DNA of 22,811 nucleotides. It comes from a virus. The DNA is taken from IMG/VR virus record IMGVR_UViG_3300031466_000110; one strand, given 5' to 3'. Below the pieces are notes generated by a model, which was not told where the DNA came from, did not search any database, and worked only from the letters and a program-made list of their open reading frames with translations. The translations under genes and the position numbers were made by a program. Each line of letters opens with the position of its first letter. The stretch's first letter is position 1. Below, one piece after another: positions 9,354 to 17,037 of the stretch.

Positions 9354-10250
9354 TCACAGTCTGATCATGCCGGAGAGCTTATCCATGACCCACTCACCGA
9401 AGTAAATACCGATATCGGTGAACAACGTACTCATGAATAACACCAGCGACATCCCCAAGCAAACAAGGAAGATCACGCGACGCTTCATGTAATTGACCAT
9501 CATCATGCGAGAAGTCATGGAAGGTTGCTGACCGCCAGCGGCTCCGCCTCCAAAACTACCCCCATAACCGCCGCCATAACCCATACCCATGCCGCCTATC
9601 GCGCCGCCACCAGCCCCTTGTTGCGACTGCTGGTACTCCTGCAGGACATGCAGGGCTTCATCCGACACCAACTGCCACGAACGCCCGCCCGAAGACTGCA
9701 CTCCTCCACCATAACCGCTATAGCCGCCATGATAACCACCACCGTAGCCCATTCCCATACCGCCCATGCCGCTATTCGCCTGTTGCTGACCGCGTACCAA
9801 AAGCGGACGAATGAACGGAACCGCCAAATACAGCATATCCAACGCAAAGATCAGGGTCAAAACCGAACCCAAAATAGCGAAAATCGCCAACGTGATTCGA
9901 TTGATCACCCGAGCGCCCGGTTCAACGAAACTACGACTCTTTTCAATATCCTCGTCAGTCAAGACCGTCGTATTGAACAGGTCTCGAACCGACTGCGCCG
10001 GATCGTTACTTCCCTGCGACTGCTCAACCTGACTCGGAGCAGTTGGAGTCACAGTAGATTGTTGCGGTTGTTGTACCGGAGCTTGCTGAGGCGTTTGCGC
10101 AGGTTGCTGTTGCGGAGCGGGAGTAGGATCAGCCCCGATTCCGTTCAGATCAGTTGCATGCGCGGTCATAGTCATAAAAGACAGTGCCAGAAGCAAAGCG
10201 GTCATAAAAAGACCCAAATTCCGTAACACTCTTGGCGAGAATGCCGTCAT
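9354..10250 (-). CDS. 298-aa signal-peptide plus membrane-hairpin protein with Gly/Met/Tyr low-complexity loops (pilin-like paralogue B)
   Basis: AGGGGGT RBS; signal peptide ending AHA/T; P/Q-rich linker; TM-ALDMLYLAVPFIR...VSDEALHVLQE...YMKRR-TM. Confidence 0.9.
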   Translation of the reverse strand: MTAFSPRVLRNLGLFMTALLLALSFMTMTAHATDLNGIGADPTPAPQQQPAQTPQQAPVQQPQQSTVTPTAPSQVEQSQGSNDPAQSVRDLFNTTVLTDEDIEKSRSFVEPGARVINRITLAIFAILGSVLTLIFALDMLYLAVPFIRPLLVRGQQQANSGMGGMGMGYGGGYHGGYSGYGGGVQSSGGRSWQLVSDEALHVLQEYQQSQQGAGGGAIGGMGMGYGGGYGGSFGGGAAGGQQPSMTSRMMMVNYMKRRVIFLVCLGMSLVLFMSTLFTDIGIYFGEWVMDKLSGMIRL

Positions 10251-10391
10251 TCACAATACCCCCTATGCACCTTGGTGAGGTAATATAGACTTCATTCTAC
10301 AAGATGCCACGAAATTTGGGTTTATGCCGTAAGAACAACGAAATTATCTTATATCGTTACAAGAAGCGCTGATTCCCACAGTTAAAATCGC

Positions 10392-11852
10392 TTAAACACC
10401 GGGGAAGCCCGAAAATCCAGACCTTTCAAGCCGCTCATCACGAACCGAAGGTGCCGATTGGTTAGGAACTTGACGAGTAGGGTCAACCTTCATACCTTGG
10501 AAGGTATCCGCAAGCTGATCACCACCAACAAGTTGAGTTCCCTGCTTAATGAACTGTTCGAACTCCGCTTGCGACATAGTTGTCCTAAGCTGGTGTAGAC
10601 GCTCACCGTAAGTCTGCTCTTCACCCGGAGTGACATTCTCCAAAATCATTTTCGCCATATTTTTTGCTTGCTCCGAACGCTGACGAGTGCGCTTTTGCAG
10701 AGTAGTCCCACCATCCTTAACGGGTTGGGGAGACATCGACAGCTCAGGCTCTACCGTTGCACGAAGCCCCATATAACCCAAAAGGATAAGACGCACTTCG
10801 TGATCCCCAGTAAACTTAATATCCAGCAAAGTTGCAAGAGTATTTCCCAAATCAGCAGTCGAGAACTGTGAAAAGAGCTTAACGTAATTCTCAATTTCCG
10901 ACTCGTCCAATGACTCGGTATTTACCCCACTGTAAATATACAAACCACGCATGGTGAAAGCGAGAAGGTCATCCACAAACTGCCCCAAATCCATTGTCGC
11001 CTTGATGCTAGCGATGAAGGTGATATACCCCTTTATGTCAATTTGAGGTGCCAACAAGTACTTATAGAAGTCAAAAAAGTACTTTGTCGACGTCATATCA
11101 AGGACTTCCCGCGTAACAGAGTACGTCACCTTTCCCGCTTGACGTACAACCCGCTCCAAGGAAGTCAGTACCTTACGTGGTACAAAATCCCCGGCGATAC
11201 AAACCAGATTGAGGGCTTTTGTGTCAAATTCCACACCTTCTGTTTTGCAGACGCGAATCAACAACCCCATGAGATCCTGCAACTCCGGCTTTTTGACCTT
11301 GAATGTGTACTGACAGCGGGAGAGAATCGTGTCCAAGAGCTTCTCCGGGTTCGTGGTACAAAGGATCATAAGTACCTTTTCCGCAGGCTCTTCAAGGTTC
11401 TTAAGCAAACGGTTCTGCGCAGTTGCTGTCATCATATGACACTCGTCAAGAATATAGACCTTCCAGTTCCCCGCCAAATCGGGCTGAGACGCATCCTCAA
11501 GCAAACGGTCAATATCTTGACGCTTGTTGCTATCAGTAACGTCGATTTCCTGCACGTTCATGAGGTTACCCGCATCCCCAGTTTCGATAAAGTAATCCAT
11601 CTCCCGGCAGTAATAACACTCGCCGCAAGACCCTTTAACCGGATCGCGGTTTTCACAAACATATTCCTTCGCCATAAGACGCGCCATCGTAGTCTTACCG
11701 CAACCTGCGGGTCCGGTATACAGTAGTACCTGCGGACGCACCGATGCCGAAACCGCATTCAAACTGCGCTCCTTAACACGGTCATTCCCTACATACTCCG
11801 CCAAAGTCCGAGGACGATATTTTCTATGAAATGGCAACGTAAGTTCCGCCAA
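10392..11852 (-). CDS. dnaX: DNA polymerase III gamma/tau (clamp-loader AAA+ ATPase) homologue
   Basis: KYRP N-terminal motif, Walker A GPAGCGKTT, four-Cys zinc module (C..CGECYYC), Walker B ILDECH, NRLLKNLEEP, SRC motif. Start re-assigned to TTG at 11852, 8 nt after GGAGG. Confidence 0.92.
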   Translation of the reverse strand: MAELTLPFHRKYRPRTLAEYVGNDRVKERSLNAVSASVRPQVLLYTGPAGCGKTTMARLMAKEYVCENRDPVKGSCGECYYCREMDYFIETGDAGNLMNVQEIDVTDSNKRQDIDRLLEDASQPDLAGNWKVYILDECHMMTATAQNRLLKNLEEPAEKVLMILCTTNPEKLLDTILSRCQYTFKVKKPELQDLMGLLIRVCKTEGVEFDTKALNLVCIAGDFVPRKVLTSLERVVRQAGKVTYSVTREVLDMTSTKYFFDFYKYLLAPQIDIKGYITFIASIKATMDLGQFVDDLLAFTMRGLYIYSGVNTESLDESEIENYVKLFSQFSTADLGNTLATLLDIKFTGDHEVRLILLGYMGLRATVEPELSMSPQPVKDGGTTLQKRTRQRSEQAKNMAKMILENVTPGEEQTYGERLHQLRTTMSQAEFEQFIKQGTQLVGGDQLADTFQGMKVDPTRQVPNQSAPSVRDERLERSGFSGFPGV

Positions 11853-11892
11853 AAAGGACACCTCCAAAAAATACCCCGTAAATGGTCATTAA

Positions 11893-11921
11893 ACTATACC
11901 ATATAACTGGCGTCCGGCGAA
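11893..11921 (-). promoter_or_regulatory. Probable extended -10 promoter for dnaX
   Basis: TG-G-TATAGT (11901-11893) between the upstream terminator and the dnaX RBS; weak -35 (TTCGCC) at 17 nt. Confidence 0.5.
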
Positions 11922-11927
11922 AACTCC

Positions 11928-11956
11928 AAAAAAGAAAAGGACGGATACCCGTCCTT
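11928..11956 (-). terminator. Intrinsic terminator
   Basis: AAGGACGG-GTAT-CCGTCCTT followed by TTCTTTTTT after the stop at 11975. Confidence 0.85.
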
Positions 11957-11974
11957 GAGCTATGGACACTGTTA

Positions 11975-12790
11975 TTAATGGCTCTTCTGACGTCCACCGA
12001 GCAGACGCTCTTGCAGAGCCACCGCGATGGCTGTCTGATTAGGAATATGTCGAATCGCACTGCGGCGAGATTTCATTTCCTTCTCCAAAGCGCCAAACTC
12101 CTTACGATACTTATCCTTAATACGCCATTCACCGTTGACCTTCTCATCAATCGGAATCATGACGTCTTTGATCGCACCATAAGCAGGTTTGAATGCAAGC
12201 ACCGGAGTCGGCATCTTCGATTCACCACGATGGAACTTCGCCACCTTGGGCGCAAAATATACCCCCTTGGGATCTCCTTTATAGCTGAGGAAACCACCAT
12301 ACTCATTCCGAATGATGAGGTACATCAATTCGTACATATTGAGATGGAACTCCTCACCAGCCGGTACAGTGCGATAGGAAATATCGCGTTCCGGATTGAT
12401 TCCCGTGTCTTTATTCTTGCGAGGGTCAATCACCGGAACTTCAATTTGCTTGTCAGACACCAGTGTTACCCCGATAGTAGTGGGGCAAGTGACGTTACGT
12501 CCGTTAATCTTCCGCACTGTCGGCTTCGAAGCCAAACCAAGCAGAGTAACAAAATGCAAGGTGCCGGAGTCCTTACCAAGCTCCTCAACATTCTCCTCTT
12601 GCTGGAGCAGATGGTAACCATAATTCGCCAGATACTCGTTAGCCTCCGTGCGCCCCGTGGATTTTTCCTCCGCAGAAACTGCAGAAACCTCGGGCGTTTC
12701 ATCAGATACAGAAGAAGTAAAGTTACCGTTACCGTTAACCATCGAAATTACCTCCTCGTAATTGGCAACTCGGTCTCTTACAATAGCCAT
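11975..12790 (-). CDS. 271-aa hypothetical protein, paralogue of 17792..18565
   Basis: AAAGGAG RBS; shares TGINPE, AGEEF, YE[LI]MYL, EYGG, PKGV, PTP, GAIK and IDE blocks with 17792..18565. Confidence 0.9.
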   Translation of the reverse strand: MAIVRDRVANYEEVISMVNGNGNFTSSVSDETPEVSAVSAEEKSTGRTEANEYLANYGYHLLQQEENVEELGKDSGTLHFVTLLGLASKPTVRKINGRNVTCPTTIGVTLVSDKQIEVPVIDPRKNKDTGINPERDISYRTVPAGEEFHLNMYELMYLIIRNEYGGFLSYKGDPKGVYFAPKVAKFHRGESKMPTPVLAFKPAYGAIKDVMIPIDEKVNGEWRIKDKYRKEFGALEKEMKSRRSAIRHIPNQTAIAVALQERLLGGRQKSH

Positions 12791-12835
12791 AGCGGTCTAC
12801 ACTCCTTTTCATGAACTCTAAACCTTACCGACCTA

Positions 12836-12863
12836 GCTTAAGGTTATCCACTTGAGAAGCAAG
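12836..12863 (-). promoter_or_regulatory. Possible SigA promoter (TTGCTT-N16-TAAGCT) with an 8/9 DnaA-box match in the spacer
   Basis: Read on the minus strand upstream of the RBS of 11975..12790; TTATCCACT at 12844-12852 (consensus TTATCCACA). Confidence 0.35.
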
Positions 12864-12956
12864 TTAAACATCCTTTCTCGAAAAAGTTGTTTCTTTTTCT
12901 TCGAGAAATGTTTCCCGAAAGCCAGTACCCCAAACTCAAAATCATGCGACGAAAGC

Positions 12957-13004
12957 AAAAATAAAGACGGTTGGTTTCCTCCATCGAAGAAGAAACCAAC
13001 CGTC
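12957..13004 (-). terminator. Intrinsic terminator of the nrdIEF operon
   Basis: 13-bp stem GACGGTTGGTTTC/GAAACCAACCGTC followed by TTTATTTTT on the minus strand, 44 nt after the nrdF stop. Confidence 0.85.
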
Positions 13005-13048
13005 AAATATAAAGTCCGAATTTTCAACCTCGGATCAATCAGACCCGA

Positions 13049-14146
13049 TCAGGAAGCCGAACGCCGTGCCGCCAACTCCATTTCGGTGATATCATCGAAG
13101 TGACGCGGCGGCTCAACAACGAAATGCTCATCCTCCAGCCGTTGCACATTGACCGAGATCATATAGCCGTTACCCCGCATCGAGAAGAAGTCGTGATCCT
13201 TCGTTTGCGTCGAGATGCCATTGAGAATGATCGGGTTGACCTGCGCGGCATCGATATTGAACGGAGCTTCGATCCCGAGCAGACTGTGCGCACGGTCAGC
13301 ATTGTACTCGACGTACTTGACCACTTCGTCCGTAAGCCCAATCGGGTCGTAAACGCGCTGGGTGTACTCAATCTCATTCCGATGCAGATCGTGGAACAGT
13401 TCATGGAACTCGTTCAGCGTCGCCTCCCGCTCAGAATCGGACATCGAAGCGAGAACTTCCTGTGCGAGTACCCCCGTGTACAGACCGTGAAGGCTTTCGT
13501 CCCGAAGGATCAGTTCAATGATTTCACCGCTGGCAGTCATCATACTCTTACCGGAAAGGTACAGTGGATAGAAGAAACCGCTGTAGAACAGGTAGCTCTC
13601 CAAGAGAACCGAAGCCGCCAACGTCAGGAAATGATCGCGGGGCGTCAAAGTGCCGTTGACCTTATTGATGAGTCCACGCATATAATACTGGTTAATGCGT
13701 TGAACCTTGTAGTTAAGGTTCGGCTGATTTTCACCCCACTCGTGCAGAGCCGAAATTTCATCCGAAGTAAGCAGAGTGTTGAAAATAGCGCTATACGACT
13801 CCGCATGGATACCCTCCATCGCACCCATGAAGGAAATGAGCGTCTTACGCTGATCGCTCTCCGTCACGAAGCCGACAGCGGGCATGCCACTGTTCATTTG
13901 TTTAGTGTCAAGCCCGGTCAGCCCAACCAAGACCTGCGAATACGCCGTCCGCTGAGCCGGAGTTAAATCCGCCCAAACGAGCTTATCCTCCAACACCGGG
14001 AACTCCCGAGACACCCAAAACTGTGCGATGTTCTGCAACCAAATATCCAACGTGAAACCGTCGTCTGGCTTATTCCAGTTAACCGCCTTGAAATAAGTGT
14101 TGGTGATTTGACGACGCACTAACTCTTCTTGCGTGATCAGTTCCAA
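13049..14146 (-). CDS. nrdF: Class Ib ribonucleotide reductase beta subunit
   Basis: KAVNWN, QFW; metal ligands and radical Tyr intact: LTGLDT, MEGIHAESY, LESYLFYSGF, RDESLHG; HDFFS..GNGY. TTG start after GGTGAGGGGG. Confidence 0.96.
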   Translation of the reverse strand: MELITQEELVRRQITNTYFKAVNWNKPDDGFTLDIWLQNIAQFWVSREFPVLEDKLVWADLTPAQRTAYSQVLVGLTGLDTKQMNSGMPAVGFVTESDQRKTLISFMGAMEGIHAESYSAIFNTLLTSDEISALHEWGENQPNLNYKVQRINQYYMRGLINKVNGTLTPRDHFLTLAASVLLESYLFYSGFFYPLYLSGKSMMTASGEIIELILRDESLHGLYTGVLAQEVLASMSDSEREATLNEFHELFHDLHRNEIEYTQRVYDPIGLTDEVVKYVEYNADRAHSLLGIEAPFNIDAAQVNPIILNGISTQTKDHDFFSMRGNGYMISVNVQRLEDEHFVVEPPRHFDDITEMELAARRSAS

Positions 14147-14166
14147 GATTCAATACCCCCTCACCA

Positions 14167-16302
14167 TTAGACAGCGCAACTGACGCAAAGCTCATCTTCA
14201 ATGTTCTTACGCCGATTCCGAGTGTAATACAAAGACTTCAAACCGAGCTTGTTAGCATAAACATAATAGCTTGCCAACTCCGCCGTGCTAATATCCTGCG
14301 GAACATACAATGTCGTGCTGACCCCTTGATCCACGTGTTCTTGAATAACCGCGATAAGATCAAGCAGTTTCCGCATGTCCATATTGTACGCCGACTTGAA
14401 GTAGAATTGATTTTGCGGCGTAAGATGCGGAGCCGGATAATACGTCGTGGACTTGGCATACGAACGCTTGGTGATTACTTCCTGAATCGGCATGACCGAA
14501 CTCGTTGCGTTTTGCACATACGAAATGGACTGCGTCGGTGCGATAGCCAAACGGTAAGCGTTGTACAGCCCTTGCATTTTAACCTTCTGCGCCAGCTTCT
14601 TCCAATCCTCCGGCGTCGGGATATGCATACCTTCGAAAAGCTTGGCAACCTTTTCCGTCTTCGGGCGATAGTCATTGATGAAATATTTCTCGAAGTACTC
14701 GCCCGTATAATACGTGGAAAGCTCGAAACCATCGAAGGATTTACCCCGATCCTTAGCGACGTCAGACGACGCGTCGAGCGAATAATAGTTCATCATCATG
14801 AAGAAGGTACGAGCGAAATCCAACGCCTCAAAGGATTCGTAAGCGATATGATTCTTCGCCAAGAACCCATGCAAGTCCATCGCACCCAAACCGACCGAAT
14901 GCAGTTCACGATTGGCTTTGCGTACCCCCGGAGCGTTAACAATATCCGACGCATCAGATACGTCCGAAAGCAGGAACATAGCAACGCGCACCGTATCCGC
15001 CAACGACTTGGATTCCATGACATTGGTGATGTTGAGCGACGCAAGGACGCAAGAAATATCACGACGAATGATGTCCTCGACGTTATAATCGGTGATTTCC
15101 GACACTTCTTGCAACTGCATGATCTCGGTGCAGAGATTGGTCATAAGGATACGCCCAACCCGATGCAGAGCATGACGCTTGTTCGCATTGGTGATATTGA
15201 AAATATACGGGTACCCCGACTGAATTTGAATTTGCGCGATCTTTACAAGAAAATCGCGGGCATTCATAATTTTCTTCTTCCGAATGCGCTCGTCGTTGAC
15301 AAAGGTGTCGTAGTAAACATCAAAGTCAACGTCCGTCATGCGCATACCGTAATATTTGCGAATATCGTAAGGACTGAAAGCGTAGAATTCTTGATTCGCT
15401 TCCGCCAGATCGTAAAGCTTCTTCGGAATGATTACCCCGATGGAGAGGTGCTTAAGCAAAGCATTCTGGTCAGCCGTAACCTTTTTCGTATCAAGGAACG
15501 GGATAATGTCCAAATGGAAGCAGTTAAGGTACCCCGCTCCAGCTCCTTTGCGGAGTCCGCCTTGGTCGTAATAGAAAAACTTCTGCTCAGCTTGTTTAGC
15601 GAGTCCGACTACCCCTTTAGCTGTGCCTTTACGCCCGTTTACCGGATCGCCGGAAGCCCGAATGTTCGAAAGGTCGAAAGCTACTCCACCGCCAATACGG
15701 GAAAGTTGAGCCATACAACCGAGCGTGTACTCGATGGAGTTGGTTGTGTCATCGAAAGTCAACAAGAAACAGGAAACGCGTTCACCACCCCTAGCCTTAC
15801 CCGAATTCGAGTACGCCGGGGTTGCAGGTTGCAGACGACGAGTACCAATCTCGCGAATGTACTCCATCGCGCGAGCTTTGTTACCCCGAGCGATGGAAAG
15901 GGCAGTAATGGCGTTCCGAAGATGGTAATCCTCAAGGAACCACTGCCGATCATCCGAACGCAGGAGATACTCTTCCCACAGCTTGGATACCTGCGTGAAG
16001 GAGCAGAAACGCGAATCGATACTGCGAGCTTGATGCAGAGCTTCAATGATGAAATGATCGGAGTAGTATTTCCGAATGTCCTCGTAATACCCATTCTCGA
16101 TCAACCACACCACGCGCTCGAAATCGGAGTTGAACTTGACCGTTTTTGCGTCGACATAACGCAGATACTCCTCCATCGCTTCGCGGTCTTTATCGAGCTG
16201 AAAAAACCCGTCCGCGCCGCGTTGAGTGATCATGTTGTTCAACTCAATGAAACGGAAGTCCGTTTCGTTGACTGCAGGAGCTTCAGAAATTTGCGACGAC
16301 AA
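14167..16302 (-). CDS. nrdE: Class Ib ribonucleotide reductase alpha subunit
   Basis: FIELNN N-terminus without ATP cone, QPATP, VSCFLL, GGGV, SGYPY, TNLCTEI, LAIAPTQSISY, SLYYTR, C-terminal CVSC. Start re-assigned to TTG at 16302 after AAGGAGGT. Confidence 0.97.
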   Translation of the reverse strand: MSSQISEAPAVNETDFRFIELNNMITQRGADGFFQLDKDREAMEEYLRYVDAKTVKFNSDFERVVWLIENGYYEDIRKYYSDHFIIEALHQARSIDSRFCSFTQVSKLWEEYLLRSDDRQWFLEDYHLRNAITALSIARGNKARAMEYIREIGTRRLQPATPAYSNSGKARGGERVSCFLLTFDDTTNSIEYTLGCMAQLSRIGGGVAFDLSNIRASGDPVNGRKGTAKGVVGLAKQAEQKFFYYDQGGLRKGAGAGYLNCFHLDIIPFLDTKKVTADQNALLKHLSIGVIIPKKLYDLAEANQEFYAFSPYDIRKYYGMRMTDVDFDVYYDTFVNDERIRKKKIMNARDFLVKIAQIQIQSGYPYIFNITNANKRHALHRVGRILMTNLCTEIMQLQEVSEITDYNVEDIIRRDISCVLASLNITNVMESKSLADTVRVAMFLLSDVSDASDIVNAPGVRKANRELHSVGLGAMDLHGFLAKNHIAYESFEALDFARTFFMMMNYYSLDASSDVAKDRGKSFDGFELSTYYTGEYFEKYFINDYRPKTEKVAKLFEGMHIPTPEDWKKLAQKVKMQGLYNAYRLAIAPTQSISYVQNATSSVMPIQEVITKRSYAKSTTYYPAPHLTPQNQFYFKSAYNMDMRKLLDLIAVIQEHVDQGVSTTLYVPQDISTAELASYYVYANKLGLKSLYYTRNRRKNIEDELCVSCAV

Positions 16303-16648
16303 GAGATTCAACCTCCTTATGGAAACGCTCAACATCATAGAGCGTTCCGTTTAATTCAAACTTGGAAACTACCCTTACATGATAAAAGTCTGCGATCCGA
16401 TCAGCGGCTTTACCAAAGTTCGCACCCCAGTTACGATTACCGCTGGACGCTACCCCCATCAGACGCTGATGGTTATTCCGCAGAAACTCAGCAGTGCTTA
16501 CCGGAACCTGCCCAAAACCCGTGGTATAGGTAACCAAAACGAATGGCTCCTCAATCACCAACTCCGGGGTGATTTTAACGGCGGGCAAATCCAACTTCTT
16601 AATAAACCGCGCCACATTTCCTGTACGAGAATCAAAAGCAACCAGCAA
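16283..16648 (-). CDS. nrdI: NrdI flavodoxin-like protein for class Ib RNR cofactor assembly
   Basis: FDSRTGNVARF, LVTYTTGFGQVP, GVASSGNRNWG, KFELNGT. Start re-assigned to TTG at 16648, 9 nt after GGGAGG. Confidence 0.96.
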   Translation of the reverse strand: MLVAFDSRTGNVARFIKKLDLPAVKITPELVIEEPFVLVTYTTGFGQVPVSTAEFLRNNHQRLMGVASSGNRNWGANFGKAADRIADFYHVRVVSKFELNGTLYDVERFHKEVESLVVANF

Positions 16649-16767
16649 CGACAGCAACCTCCCATCAAGTAATGATCCTACAACCGCCCGACCCACAAAA
16701 GCCGGGAGCAAACGGTTGCTCCGTACCCCCACCGCCCCTAGCGGCGGGGCGTGATGAAGCGGTGATC

Positions 16768-16773
16768 AGTATA
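16768..16773 (-). promoter_or_regulatory. Probable -10 element (TATACT) of the nrdIEF promoter; no clear -35
   Basis: AAGT-TATACT about 120 nt upstream of the nrdI start; same AAGT-TAT context as the clear promoter at 18682-18710. Confidence 0.45.
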
Positions 16774-17037
16774 ACTTTACCTCAGAAATAATTTGGGGAG
16801 ATTGGGGTCTGGGAGAAAATTTTTCTGAGTCGAACCGGGGGTCATAAAATTCTCTCAGAAAAAGGGAAAAGTCGATGGAAATTTAGAGGTTAGCGGTGAA
16901 AAGAAAAGTCCAAGTCTGAAAACCAGTTCTAAAGTAAGATTTTTGAAATCCTCGCTAAAGATTGTTTCATTCAACAGGAAAATAATAACGGGAATCGGCA
17001 AGATGTTTCCGATTCCCACAATGAATGATTCAAAGTA

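Noticed and set aside
10659-10665. A_AAA_AAT heptamer in dnaX as a possible gamma/tau -1 frameshift site
   Set aside because: It is not the efficient A_AAA_AAG form and I see no clear stimulatory hairpin or upstream SD; likely chance Lys-Asn codons.
12833-13027. 64-aa minus-strand ORF
   Set aside because: It spans the nrdIEF terminator and the next promoter, and its F/L/K-rich composition reflects T-tracts.
13049-14146. Metal-free class Ie NrdF
   Set aside because: The three Glu ligands replaced in class Ie are all present (MEGIH, LESYL, RDESLH).
13049-16302. Group I intron or intein in nrdE/nrdF, common in Bacillus phages
   Set aside because: Both frames are continuous and of normal length, with no splicing or homing-endonuclease motifs.
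14326-16533. 735-aa plus-strand ORF, and other long plus-strand ORFs (5112..6470, 11882..12814, 13100..13966, 17717..18673, 20079..21293, 21588..22232)
   Set aside because: They are antisense shadows of well-supported minus-strand genes, with unnatural R/I/L/V-rich composition and no recognisable motifs.
16649-16732. N-terminal extension of NrdI in the ORF track (and similar extensions of NrdE and DnaX)
   Set aside because: Strong RBSs and family N-termini point to downstream TTG starts at 16648, 16302 and 11852.
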